64,000 bases of DNA, taken from an uncultured Thermoplasmata archaeon (GTDB lineage: Archaea; Thermoplasmatota; Thermoplasmata; SG8-5). The notes under the pieces are model-generated. The model had not been told where the DNA came from, did not search any database, and worked only from the letters and a program-made list of their open reading frames with translations. Positions 8,725 through 18,223 of the stretch are shown here, piece by piece. The DNA lies in contig CAYHBA010000005.1 in the NCBI GenBank assembly GCA_964354755.1, positions 13,014 to 77,013 of the forward strand. Direction: 5' to 3'. The translations under genes and the position numbers were made by a program. Position 1 is the stretch's first letter. Every line of letters starts with the position of its first letter.

Positions 8725-9690
8725 TCAGATTTTCCTTATCTTGCCCATCATGGGTTCGTATATCATGCCTTTGTCCAGGAGTCCTTCCGCGGCACCGTCG
8801 AAAGCCTCCTTCTTCAGGCCTGCCTTCTTGGCAGCTTTCTCGAGCACATCCCAGTCGATTCCGGCGGCCTTGGGATCGGTGCTGGTTATGACCTTCAGCA
8901 ATTTCTCCTCATCGGCGGTCAGCTCCTCATCGCCCTCAGCTTCAGGCGCGGGTTCAGGTTCCGCGGCCGGCGGTGCAGGCGGCGTGTCTATGCCCTCCTC
9001 AACTTCCTCGAACTCGGGCGGTTCGATATCCTCTGTTTCCTCGGATTCCGGAATATCCGGGGTTCCGCCCTCCTCGGGTATGAGGTACCTCAGGCAGTCG
9101 ATGAGCATTGTATGGTATTTGTCAAGCGGCACATCCCCGTAATGGTCCCTTGCCCTGACTATGCCCTCTGCAAGGTTCTGGCCGTAACCCAGTTTCACCA
9201 ACGCCTCCGCGGAAAGGCCATCCATCTTGACAGCTTCCCCGGCTGCGTCAAGCCTGTGCCTGAGGCTTATACAGCTGTCAAGCACCCAAATGTCCCTCGC
9301 TGATTTTTCCATCTGCTTGACTGTCTCCGGCCGCACCGAAATGTACATGACCCCGTCCTCGGGCGAATACACCCTGACCTTGCCTATTATTGCGGCAAAG
9401 CCAGGGACAGTGAGCTTGGACATGGCCACGGCAGCTTCGGGCTGGAACTGGCCCGCCGAGATGTATGTGGTTCCGGTGGGGTCTATCAACTTGGCCCTCC
9501 ACAATGGCTCCTCGGGCGAGCCCATGTTCTCCAGGTCTGTCACGACGCCCACGATGTAGACGCGGTTGATCTTGGCCCCGAGCGGCGTTATGACATATGT
9601 CGGGGCGCGCTCCTCCTCGCCCTGCATGACCAGGGACGAATCGTTCAGCTCCCCGGCGAACACCCTCCACGCGACTTCCCTTGCGTTCAT
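8725..9690 (-). CDS. OB-fold RPA-associated protein (putative small RPA subunit / RPAP-like) with an acidic linker and a C-terminal helical tail
   Basis: 321 aa, immediately downstream of and co-directional with the RPA gene. An N-terminal OB-like region (INRVYIVGVVTDLEN...) is followed by an acidic P/E-rich linker and a C-terminal helical region. Euryarchaeal rpa-rpap operons are a known arrangement. Confidence 0.5.
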   Translation of the reverse strand: MNAREVAWRVFAGELNDSSLVMQGEEERAPTYVITPLGAKINRVYIVGVVTDLENMGSPEEPLWRAKLIDPTGTTYISAGQFQPEAAVAMSKLTVPGFAAIIGKVRVYSPEDGVMYISVRPETVKQMEKSARDIWVLDSCISLRHRLDAAGEAVKMDGLSAEALVKLGYGQNLAEGIVRARDHYGDVPLDKYHTMLIDCLRYLIPEEGGTPDIPESEETEDIEPPEFEEVEEGIDTPPAPPAAEPEPAPEAEGDEELTADEEKLLKVITSTDPKAAGIDWDVLEKAAKKAGLKKEAFDGAAEGLLDKGMIYEPMMGKIRKI

Positions 9691-9754
9691 GCATTCACCT
9701 CCTGCTTCGCAGCAGGCTCTTCATGAAAGAGCGATTGATGGAAAGCGATTAGTT

Positions 9755-11062
9755 TCATGATATCTCCTCCAGGATTCTGCGTGCTTCAGCCTGGGTGTCC
9801 ACCTTCGGGTAATCTGTCCCCGAGGCAATCATCATCAGCCCGAACTCGTCGGACGTAACATTCCCGGTGACGCTGATAGGCTTCGCCACCAGCTTCTCGA
9901 AGAGCTGGTCCTTGATTATGCCGTGGTCCATGGCCTTAGTCGCTTCCTTCAGGCACTTGTCCAGGGACTTGCCTAGCAACCTTTCCGTGATATCTCTATT
10001 CATTATAACATTAAGAGCTCCTGTGCCATCATCCACAATTGCCTTGATGCGCAGGTCCGCGATCCCCTCCTGTTGTCCGTGCACCCTGCATACATTCTTC
10101 TGCAAAGCCCGGTTGCATTCCGGGCATCTGAACACCAGGCCGCTGCCCTCCCTGACGTCCAGAATGACGCCGTTGAGGGAGGCGTCCACCATCCCCCCGA
10201 CCCTTGAAAGGTAATCGACACTGACCACGGACGGTTTCTCGAGTTCTTCGCTGGCCGGCATCTTCTCCTTGGACTTCTCGGTATTCGTTGCGTCAAAGTT
10301 CAGCTGCGGCATGCCCCTCCATTTCCTCAGGTAGCCGCTGTTGACCTTGATGATGTCCCCCTCCTTGAACTTGGCCTTGCCCCAGCAGGTAAATGAGACT
10401 TTTCCTGTTTCATCCGCCATTATGCCGGACATGACCTCCTTCTTCTCGCCGCTGACGGTGACTTCCCTGATATCCACGGTCAGGATTCTGGCCACGACCG
10501 AGAGGTTGCCTGTGGCATCCCCCAGGTCGATTATCTTGCAGGCCTTCGCGGTTCTGGGGGCGCCCGTGCCCTTGAACTCTGGCATTTCAGATTTATCCGC
10601 CTTCACGACCCTGCCCCTGTATCCTACATTTACCTGAGGCTCCTCGCGGTACTCGGTGATATAGGCATGCTCCATCCGCACGACGTCGCCCTTCTCCAGC
10701 TTCAGGTCCGCCTTCTCCCAGATTGTGAAGGGCACAGTCCCGGATTCGTCCCCCAGTATCCCAGAGATGATTGCCGTATCCTGCCCGTCCCTCTTGATGG
10801 TCTTCTCGGTGACGAAAACGACCCTGCAGAGCAAATTCACATTTTTATCCAGCGGGGTGAGTTCTTTTATTTGCTTCTTGTCCCCTTCCGGTGAAAACGA
10901 GCTCCCGCCGTGCTTCCTGATGACGAGCCTCGCCGCCTCGTCCGCCTCGAACCTGAACTCGTCCATGTAATGCTTCAGGTCCTTCTCGATCTCTTTCCTG
11001 TCGGCATCCTTGCCGAGCGCCTTCAGAATATCCTCAACATGCTTGTTTTTCTTTTCAGCCAT
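9755..11062 (-). CDS. rpa: Replication protein A (single-stranded DNA-binding protein, multiple OB folds plus zinc ribbon)
   Basis: 435 aa with repeated OB-fold segments (NVNLLCRVVFVTEK..., LSVVARILTVDIREV...) and the C4 motif CPECNRALQKNVCRVHG typical of archaeal RPA1. Confidence 0.8.
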   Translation of the reverse strand: MAEKKNKHVEDILKALGKDADRKEIEKDLKHYMDEFRFEADEAARLVIRKHGGSSFSPEGDKKQIKELTPLDKNVNLLCRVVFVTEKTIKRDGQDTAIISGILGDESGTVPFTIWEKADLKLEKGDVVRMEHAYITEYREEPQVNVGYRGRVVKADKSEMPEFKGTGAPRTAKACKIIDLGDATGNLSVVARILTVDIREVTVSGEKKEVMSGIMADETGKVSFTCWGKAKFKEGDIIKVNSGYLRKWRGMPQLNFDATNTEKSKEKMPASEELEKPSVVSVDYLSRVGGMVDASLNGVILDVREGSGLVFRCPECNRALQKNVCRVHGQQEGIADLRIKAIVDDGTGALNVIMNRDITERLLGKSLDKCLKEATKAMDHGIIKDQLFEKLVAKPISVTGNVTSDEFGLMMIASGTDYPKVDTQAEARRILEEIS

Positions 11063-11338
11063 AGGTTCACGTCCTGTTCAATGGTGAACTGTCGCAATCC
11101 CTATTCGCGGCTCGGTATTAAAGGGTTGAGGGGGGGTGGGCGAAACTACTCAAAGGATGAGAGAGACGGTTCCGTGCGAACCACGCAAGAGTTTGAAATA
11201 TGGATCCCCGGCCTTCAGTTCTTTTAATGCTATCATCAGCCGGGGCATCGAGGGATTCTGCACACGCAGTGAAAAGCGCACTCGCTCGGAAGATATAGTA
11301 AAACCCCGCCCTGCCAGGCGGGGCATGCTGCTGGCAAA

Positions 11339-11947
11339 ATGCCTGTTGGCAGATTGCCGAATGCGCTGGTGCCGAAAGGATTATTACAGCGCATTCGCAT
11401 ATTGCATTGTCCGGAGGTTGGCGTGTCCCCGATAGTCCACGGAATGATTGCTTGGCTTGTGGCAGTATTATTTGCCAAGCGGATAAATGACCGTCGGTTC
11501 ATCACAGTTGCTGGCGTTGTCCCCGACATTGACGGCATTTTCATCCTGTTGAGCAATTCCTCGTATTCGGAATTCCATCACACCTTCGGGCATTCTTTCG
11601 TGTTCGGGATTCTTGTAGCAGTCACTGTTTACGCGCTTTCTACTGACCGAGTGAAAGCATTCTTCGGGGCGCTGACAGCATTCTCGCTGCACCTTGCTGC
11701 CGATATCGTGGGGACCAATTGGTCTGTGCCAATTTTCTACCCGGTCTCTGATTTTTCAATGACCGCGGGATTGGACCATTTCCAAATATTCACCATCATT
11801 TCGGTTGTTTTCTTCGTCTCCCTGGCCCTCATAATTATCTTGATGTTCCGCAAAGGCATTTCCCCAATTGAGTTTATATCGGAGAGGCTGGACAGGTATC
11901 TTGTGGAGAAGGTTTTTCCGATGAGGATTGAGAAAAATAAAGGTTGA
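11339..11947 (+). CDS. Membrane-bound metal-dependent hydrolase (YdjM/DUF457-like)
   Basis: 202 aa, multi-TM, with conserved His/Asp (VHGMIAWL..., VVPDIDGIF, HHTFGHS). The start is uncertain and an internal ATG is possible. Confidence 0.55.
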   Translation: MPVGRLPNALVPKGLLQRIRILHCPEVGVSPIVHGMIAWLVAVLFAKRINDRRFITVAGVVPDIDGIFILLSNSSYSEFHHTFGHSFVFGILVAVTVYALSTDRVKAFFGALTAFSLHLAADIVGTNWSVPIFYPVSDFSMTAGLDHFQIFTIISVVFFVSLALIIILMFRKGISPIEFISERLDRYLVEKVFPMRIEKNKG

Positions 11948-11977
11948 GAGAAACGAGTCTGTGCGAGAATTGAAAAA

Positions 11978-12769
11978 CTACTCTTCCAGTATGCTCTTCG
12001 GCGCGCCCGCCAGCTCCACCAGCGCCCGCGCCTCCAAAAAGTGCAGCTCTCCCGGGATCACGACAGAATGCAGCGGAGGGCCGTAGTCCGCCTCAATCAT
12101 GTTGTCGAGCAGTCCAGCCCTAACCAGGCAGTCGTTGGATCCGGCCCTTGCCACCACGCAGACCAATCTCTCCGGCGTGAGGAAGTCCTCCCCAAGCTGC
12201 TCTTCGACCTCGGCCAGGGTCTTCAGGGCCTCGTTCGCTGTCATGAACCTGTTCTGTTCCTGTTTTATATCCAGCAGGCAGAGCGTGTGCATGCCCCGGC
12301 GGAAGTTCTCCAGAGTCTTCACGTAGAAGCTGGTCGGGCTGTAGTTCGGCTCAGGGAACGGAATAGTCACTGTGCAGCCAAACTTGTAGCTCTGCAGGCC
12401 CAGGGCTGCCGGTATGGCCGTGAATGCCGACACACCCCCGATTACCTCCGTGTCAATGCCCAGGGCATGGGCCCTCAGCCTCAGGTCCACATGGGTCGTG
12501 GCGCTCATCGCATCCCCGGGGACAAGCAGGCACGCGTCCTCAGCGGCCGCATGTTCCAGGACAGTGTCCTCTGTCTCGATTGCATTCCTGTTGACTATTG
12601 TGATTTTCCTATTCAGCAGCTCCTCCAGCCTCGGGATGCTGCCCTCCTCAAGCGTGGAAGTGTAATTCTCCATGAACAGAACCTTGCAGGACCGTGCCGC
12701 CTCCATCCCCCTGAGCGTTATGCCCTTCTCGTTTCCCAGCCCCAAACCTATGAATATTAGCTTTCCCAT
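11978..12769 (-). CDS. dph5: Diphthine synthase (Dph5)
   Basis: 263 aa. MGKLIFIGLGLGNEKGITLRGMEA... matches the tetrapyrrole-methylase-fold diphthine synthase N-terminus. The gene is universal in archaea and eukaryotes. Confidence 0.85.
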   Translation of the reverse strand: MGKLIFIGLGLGNEKGITLRGMEAARSCKVLFMENYTSTLEEGSIPRLEELLNRKITIVNRNAIETEDTVLEHAAAEDACLLVPGDAMSATTHVDLRLRAHALGIDTEVIGGVSAFTAIPAALGLQSYKFGCTVTIPFPEPNYSPTSFYVKTLENFRRGMHTLCLLDIKQEQNRFMTANEALKTLAEVEEQLGEDFLTPERLVCVVARAGSNDCLVRAGLLDNMIEADYGPPLHSVVIPGELHFLEARALVELAGAPKSILEE

Positions 12770-12778
12770 ATCAGCACC

Positions 12779-13780
12779 GTGAAATGTCTCTGCGCGGTCG
12801 TTCCCAAGGCAGAAGGGGAGAAGGTACGTAAAAAGCTTTCAGAGGAAGGCTTCCTGAGGTTGGACGCAAGGATTACTAGCGACGACAAGCATGTTTTCAT
12901 ACCCGTGCTGAAGATAAAGGGGCTTTTTTATCCGCTATTGGAGGTCGAGACCGAGCCTGTCGAGGTTCCGAAGAATTACAAGGAACTGTTGAACATGCCG
13001 CGCGGGCTCATGGAGCTCCTGCCGACATCCTTCGACGTGATTGGCGACATATTCGTCCTGAAGCTCATAGACGAGATACTGCCTTATGCAAAGGACATCG
13101 CGAATGCCCTCCTGGAGACTAACAGGAACGCCAAGGTCGTAGCGCTGGACCGCGGCGTCAAGGGCGAGTTTCGCACCAGGGACCTTAAGATACTTGCGGG
13201 GGAGAAGCGCACGACCACTGTCCAGAAGGAATACGGTCTCAGGTTCAGCGTTGACATTGCAAAGGTCTATTTCTCGCCGAGGCTGGCAACAGAGCACCGC
13301 CGCATAGCGGACCTGGTCCAGGACGGCGAAACCGTAATGGACATGTTCTGCGGGGTCGGCCCGTTCGCAATAATGCTGGCCAGCACCGGAAAGCCGACCA
13401 GCGTGTATGCCGTTGACAAGAATCCTGAGGCCATTGATTATTTAATTAATAATATAAAATTAAATAAAATTAATGGGATATCACCCATGCTGGGCGATGC
13501 CAGGGTTTTGGCGCCGCAGCTGCCCAGGCCCGACCGCATAATCATGAACCTGCCCCACACTGCGATAGACTATCTCGACGTGGCGCTAGGAATAGTCAAC
13601 AGGCGTGGCACGATACACCTTTACGCGATAATGGAGGAGGAGAGCAGGGAGCTGATAAGGAAGTCCATTGCCATGCTGGCTGTGGCCGAGGGCCGGGCCA
13701 TATCCTTCAAGAAGACACACGAGGTCCACACATACTCGCCCACCCAGTCCATGTATTGTTTCGACCTTATCATTGGATGA
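12779..13780 (+). CDS. trm5: tRNA (m1G37) methyltransferase Trm5 / Taw2 family (Met-10+ like SAM-dependent MTase)
   Basis: 333 aa. The motif DMFCGVGPFA and ...NLPH... are class-I MTase signatures of the Trm5/Taw2 family. Confidence 0.8.
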   Translation: MKCLCAVVPKAEGEKVRKKLSEEGFLRLDARITSDDKHVFIPVLKIKGLFYPLLEVETEPVEVPKNYKELLNMPRGLMELLPTSFDVIGDIFVLKLIDEILPYAKDIANALLETNRNAKVVALDRGVKGEFRTRDLKILAGEKRTTTVQKEYGLRFSVDIAKVYFSPRLATEHRRIADLVQDGETVMDMFCGVGPFAIMLASTGKPTSVYAVDKNPEAIDYLINNIKLNKINGISPMLGDARVLAPQLPRPDRIIMNLPHTAIDYLDVALGIVNRRGTIHLYAIMEEESRELIRKSIAMLAVAEGRAISFKKTHEVHTYSPTQSMYCFDLIIG

Positions 13781-13784
13781 TGCG

Positions 13785-14504
13785 TCATCGGATGAGGTTC
13801 ACGAGTTCGTCCATGGTCTGGATCTTTGTTATGTCCCTCGGAACCCCTGCCGGAATCCTCCTGCCCCTGAGAATCAGCACCGGCTTCATGCCAACTGCCT
13901 GGGAGCCGACATAGTCTTTGTCATAACGGTCCCCCACGAATATTATCTCGTCAGGCCTCAGCCCGAGGGTGCCGGCAGCATGGAGGAAAGGCCTGGGGTC
14001 AGGCTTTGAGGCTCCGGCTGTGTCCCTGCCCACGATGACATCGAACATCTCAGCCCTCAGAAGATTGCCCGGCTTCCCGGATTTGGACACGGACTCGATT
14101 ATGGCGTCCACCTCCTCCCTGTACCCGTTTGTCACTATGCCAAGGCGGAGGCCCATGGCAGACAGCCTCCTCAGCACGGGAACGGCATCGTCAAAAGCCT
14201 TCAGCCCTGCCATCTCGAACCAGCGCTGGTTGATGTACTTTCCCAGGCCTTTCTTCTTCACCCCCAGCTCCCTCATCACCTCGTTGTCCCAATCCGCATA
14301 CACCTGGTTATAATCCTCCATGGCATCGGGGCGGATGTCCCCGTGCCTGGCAAGAAATGTGGCCGTGGCCCGCCTGTGCGCCTCCTTTATCTCCACCAGG
14401 CTCTTTTCGATGCCCTTCTCCCTCAGTATCTGCTGGAAGATATCCTCGGTATCCAGGCTGGTTATCAGGGTCTCCCCTATGTCGAAGAGCACTGCACGTA
14501 TCAC
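13785..14504 (-). CDS. HAD-superfamily hydrolase
   Basis: 239 aa. Motif I LFDIGETL (DxG-like) at the N-terminus and motif IV GDRYDKD. Confidence 0.75.
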   Translation of the reverse strand: MIRAVLFDIGETLITSLDTEDIFQQILREKGIEKSLVEIKEAHRRATATFLARHGDIRPDAMEDYNQVYADWDNEVMRELGVKKKGLGKYINQRWFEMAGLKAFDDAVPVLRRLSAMGLRLGIVTNGYREEVDAIIESVSKSGKPGNLLRAEMFDVIVGRDTAGASKPDPRPFLHAAGTLGLRPDEIIFVGDRYDKDYVGSQAVGMKPVLILRGRRIPAGVPRDITKIQTMDELVNLIR

Positions 14505-14983
14505 GAGAGCTTCACCCCTCTCTGGCCCTGGTAGCTCCCGGAGCGCTGGGCATAGGCTTTCTCCGAAGGCGCGTCAAGCCTCTCGAAGACAATCTGGGCG
14601 AACCTTTGGCCTATGGGAATCACGACCTCCCTGTCCGATGAATTATACGCGGAGAGCGTGAGAGTGCCCTCGAAGCCCGCGTCTACTTTGCCGAAGCTGG
14701 AAATTATGCCTTTCCTGGCCCAGCTTGTCCTTATCCAGAGTTGCGTCGAGATTGTTGGGCCGCATCTCACGTATTCGAGCGTGCTGACAGCGAACCACTT
14801 TCCCGGCGGAACAGCGACGTCCCCGGATGCCTGGGTATTGCCGTCCTGCCCGACCTTTATCTCCGCAATGGTGAGGTCATACCCGTTCGGCGTGAGGTTC
14901 TTCTCGTTGAAATTCTCGATCGCCAGTTCCCCGGCCTTCATGGCCGCGAGTATGCCCCCGTCTGAAAGCACCGCCATGGCCAC
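14501..14983 (-). CDS. dcd: dCTP deaminase (dUTPase superfamily)
   Basis: 160 aa. LTPNGYDLT and the GQRFAQIVF-type C-terminal motifs match the dCTP deaminase/dUTPase fold. There is a 4-nt overlap with the downstream HAD gene. Confidence 0.8.
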   Translation of the reverse strand: MAMAVLSDGGILAAMKAGELAIENFNEKNLTPNGYDLTIAEIKVGQDGNTQASGDVAVPPGKWFAVSTLEYVRCGPTISTQLWIRTSWARKGIISSFGKVDAGFEGTLTLSAYNSSDREVVIPIGQRFAQIVFERLDAPSEKAYAQRSGSYQGQRGVKLS

Positions 14984-15168
14984 GCCATACTGTTCGGCCT
15001 ACAAAATCATTGCGGAGGAAAACTACCAGCCATGATTAGCCAGGGCACTCGGTTATCCTTTGTCAACTGGGCTGGAAATTTTCCGGATGGCAGTTGCATG
15101 CCAGATTTATCAAAGCCTTATGGCTTTGAATTACAGCGATAAAAATATGCACGGCATGCAACGGTCTT

Positions 15169-16155
15169 TCACGCCAGCCTCTGAAGGTCTCCAGCTGTGC
15201 CAATAAAAGGCTCCGCGTCGAGTTGGTCCAGCCATGCCTCTTTGCATTTGCAGCCCCCGGATTTCAGGTCGCCAGTGTCCCCGGACAGGGAGAACCTTTC
15301 GATGCACTTGAGCAGGGCTTCGTCGCATTTCCCGCAGTTGTGCACTCCGCGCTTCGATCCTCCACCGGAAGGCGAGGACATGAGCCTGGCATCAGTGAGT
15401 TTGGAGCCGCGCTCCAATACCGATATAAGGCTCCAGAGCCACGGAGGCCTGTACATTTTTTTCTTCCAAAGCCCCTCCACCAGGGTGCCGCGTTGCACGT
15501 TCATGGGATTCACCGATATCGTTTGGCTCATCTTCCCGGCCCTCTCAATCGAAGCAAGAGTATCCGCGATGGCATCGCCTTCGGTCATGTATGGGGGTTT
15601 CAGCAGGAGGTATGTGCGTACGCTGGCACCGGCATCCGCGACAGTTTTGCAGGCTCTCTCGAAGTCCTTAAAGGCAAAGCCCTTGTTGATGCACCTCGAC
15701 CTTACATCATCATTTGCCGTTTCCAGACCGATGGCAACTTCCAGGTTTTTCACATGAGCCAGCGCTGCATCCAGGGTTGTTTGGCTGACAAACTCAGGCC
15801 TGGATTCGACGAGCACATGGCTCGCCTTCTGCCCGGCAAGGCCGAGTATAGAATCCCTTGCCTTGGGCTCTATCTCCCCGGGGTCCAGGAAGCTCCCGGA
15901 TGTGTAAATTTTGATGAACGGCTGGTCCTTGTGCATATCCATGGCTTTGCTAAACTGCGCAATCAGGTCCTGGGCTCCCACGCTTTCAAGGCTGTCATTG
16001 TTGTAACCGCACATTAAACAACCCGACTTCTTGGACCAGTAACAGCCTCTGCTCCGCAGTATGACGACCAGGGCATTGACGGTCTTTCCGCCTATCACAT
16101 CTCTCTCTGCCCAGACCGACGCAGGCTCGGTCGGGTCAGCATTGCGCCTGGCCAT
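15169..16155 (-). CDS. Radical SAM protein, archaeal TIGR01210-like family (archaeosine/tRNA-modification-related?)
   Basis: 328 aa. Cys cluster RSRGCYWSKKSGCLMCGY (C-x7-C-x2-C). The remainder resembles the archaeal radical-SAM family linked to the ArcS/RaSEA system. Confidence 0.7.
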   Translation of the reverse strand: MARRNADPTEPASVWAERDVIGGKTVNALVVILRSRGCYWSKKSGCLMCGYNNDSLESVGAQDLIAQFSKAMDMHKDQPFIKIYTSGSFLDPGEIEPKARDSILGLAGQKASHVLVESRPEFVSQTTLDAALAHVKNLEVAIGLETANDDVRSRCINKGFAFKDFERACKTVADAGASVRTYLLLKPPYMTEGDAIADTLASIERAGKMSQTISVNPMNVQRGTLVEGLWKKKMYRPPWLWSLISVLERGSKLTDARLMSSPSGGGSKRGVHNCGKCDEALLKCIERFSLSGDTGDLKSGGCKCKEAWLDQLDAEPFIGTAGDLQRLA

Positions 16156-16816
16156 CCACGATCCTCCCGTCCTTTATCGTCACGACATTGTCTGCATATT
16201 CAGCAATGTCTCTCTCATGGGTGACAAGTATAACTGTCCTTCCCTGTGCGGCCAGGGATTTGAAAAGCTCGATTATCTCAAGACCGGTCTGCGAATCCAA
16301 GTTGCCTGTCGGCTCGTCCGCAAGTATGATGGGCGGGTCGTTTATCAGCGCCCTGGCTATCGCCACCCTCTGGCGCTCGCCGCCGCTGAGTTCGCCCGGA
16401 TGATGCTCCGGTCTTTGGGACATGCCCACCATCTTCAGAAGTCCGTCAGCTTTCCCCTGGTCCATGCCGCCGTCGAACATGGCCGGCATGAGGATGTTTT
16501 CCCTGGCAGTGAGAGTGGGAATCAGGTTGAAGAACTGGAACACGAATCCGATATTTTCCCTGCGGAATGACGTGAGCTCCGAATCCCCCATGCTGACAAT
16601 GTCCTTTCCGTTAATCGTCACAGTCCCTGAAGTGGGCGAGTCCAGGCATCCGAGTATATGCAGCAGCGTGGATTTCCCTGCACCGCTGGGTCCCGCGATC
16701 GAAGTGAAGCTCCCTCTCCGGATGCAGAGGCTTACGCCGTCAAGGGCCCGTATGTCCACCTTTCCCATCCTGTATGTTTTGCGAATCTCAGTCATCGTTA
16801 TGATCGGCTCATTCAT
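16136..16816 (-). CDS. ABC transporter ATP-binding protein (MacB/LolD-like)
   Basis: Walker A GPSGAGKST, signature LSGGERQRV, Walker B ILADEPT. The start was moved to the in-frame ATG (rc cat 16814-16816, MNEPIITM), just downstream of the permease stop. Confidence 0.85.
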   Translation of the reverse strand: MNEPIITMTEIRKTYRMGKVDIRALDGVSLCIRRGSFTSIAGPSGAGKSTLLHILGCLDSPTSGTVTINGKDIVSMGDSELTSFRRENIGFVFQFFNLIPTLTARENILMPAMFDGGMDQGKADGLLKMVGMSQRPEHHPGELSGGERQRVAIARALINDPPIILADEPTGNLDSQTGLEIIELFKSLAAQGRTVILVTHERDIAEYADNVVTIKDGRIVDGQAQC

Positions 16817-18122
16817 AGCGAAGCGCCTCCGTCGGTTCCAGCCTTGCGGCCCTCCATGCAGGGTACAGTGCGGCAAGCATTCCAACACCTATGCTTATGC
16901 CCACGACATAGCTGATGACGAAAGGCGTCATATGGGTCGGCGCGAAGAAAATCCCGCCGGCCTCGGCCTCGTACTGGAAGTCGAAGAACCCGACCAGGAA
17001 GCCACCCACCGCGCCCCCGATGACCAGGGACAGGAGAACGAGCAGTAAAGCCTCTCCGAGAACTATCTGGTAAATCCTCGGCTTCGATACTCCGACTGCC
17101 TTCAACGTGCCTATCTCCCTGCGGCGCTCGGTCACGCTCATCAGCATAGTGTTGCTGATACCCACCACCGTGATTATGCTCAGAAGCAGAATGACCGCGA
17201 GCAGCCAGCCGTCCACAGTCCTGCGCATCTCCTCCTGCTTTTCTATTTCTGTCTCATGGGCCTGAATCGTCCTCTTTATGTAGTTCTCGTTGTCGCTGAT
17301 GGCCCTGTCGTTTATGCCGGTCATGGACTTCAGGCCAGTCCGGACCTCCGTGAAATCAATGAGGGAAGCGTCCTCCACCCATATGGACACGAAGAAATAC
17401 TCGTATTCCCCGGTCGAGGGATCGTACATGCCTGTCTGCTCCTGCATGAACCTTATAGGCATTGCAGCGAAGTTGTCGTAGACGATGCTGGAGTCGAGAA
17501 TGCCGGTGATTGTCACGTTGCGAATTGTTATCAGCTGGCCGTCCAGGAAGGAAAGGGTCTCCACATCCACTATGTCACCGACCTGGGTCCCGGGGTAATT
17601 GGTCATCCAGACTTTATTACCCAACACCATCTGCGCCTCGGTGTCAGAGCTCAGGAACTGGCCCTGGACGTCCACTGTCTCACGGTTGAAGGTGATGAAG
17701 TCGTACTTTATCCCCTTCTCGGGGTCGATGCCGAAAAGCACGAACATGTCATCCGAGTCAGGCTCGACTGACTGAAGGAGGTTGATTCCTAGCGGATAGA
17801 CCTCGCCTGTCGTGTTGTGCTCATCGCAGTAACCGGCCATGAACTCTTCCATTCCCCTCAGTTCTGTGTCGTTGAACATGTCCATGTTGAAAGGGTCCAT
17901 ATTCATGAGTGTGAAGAATCCGGCTCTCTGCTCGGCAAGGGCATCTTCCTGCCTGGCTATCTCGTCCATGATATCGTCCTTCAAGCCTTGGCTAATTGAG
18001 GCGAACAGAAGGAAGAAGGCGATTACGACTGATATGCCGGTGACAGTGATGGCCGACCTTAGGCTGCGCCTCCTGACATTCCTGCCGACATACTTCAGCG
18101 CCCCGAACCTCTTGGCCGCCAT
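16809..18122 (-). CDS. ABC transporter permease, FtsX/MacB family
   Basis: 437 aa. An N-terminal TM helix and a large periplasmic/extracellular domain are followed by a C-terminal 3-TM FtsX-like region (LLAVILLLSIITVVGISNTML...). Confidence 0.8.
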   Translation of the reverse strand: MAAKRFGALKYVGRNVRRRSLRSAITVTGISVVIAFFLLFASISQGLKDDIMDEIARQEDALAEQRAGFFTLMNMDPFNMDMFNDTELRGMEEFMAGYCDEHNTTGEVYPLGINLLQSVEPDSDDMFVLFGIDPEKGIKYDFITFNRETVDVQGQFLSSDTEAQMVLGNKVWMTNYPGTQVGDIVDVETLSFLDGQLITIRNVTITGILDSSIVYDNFAAMPIRFMQEQTGMYDPSTGEYEYFFVSIWVEDASLIDFTEVRTGLKSMTGINDRAISDNENYIKRTIQAHETEIEKQEEMRRTVDGWLLAVILLLSIITVVGISNTMLMSVTERRREIGTLKAVGVSKPRIYQIVLGEALLLVLLSLVIGGAVGGFLVGFFDFQYEAEAGGIFFAPTHMTPFVISYVVGISIGVGMLAALYPAWRAARLEPTEALRYE

Positions 18123-18223
18123 GCTCGGGCGATTGCCTACATAGTAATAATGTATTCCTGTTATTCAATATCTATATATTCCTGTAGAGTTTTTCCCGAT
18201 TACTAATAATTGGAGATGAAACC

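Noticed and set aside
13430-13480. Sharply AT-rich 50-bp island (gattatttaattaataatataaaattaaataaaattaatggg) inside the trm5 gene.
   Set aside because: It is in frame and encodes DYLINNIKLNKINGI within the Trm5 MTase domain. It is a compositional oddity, not an insertion or promoter.
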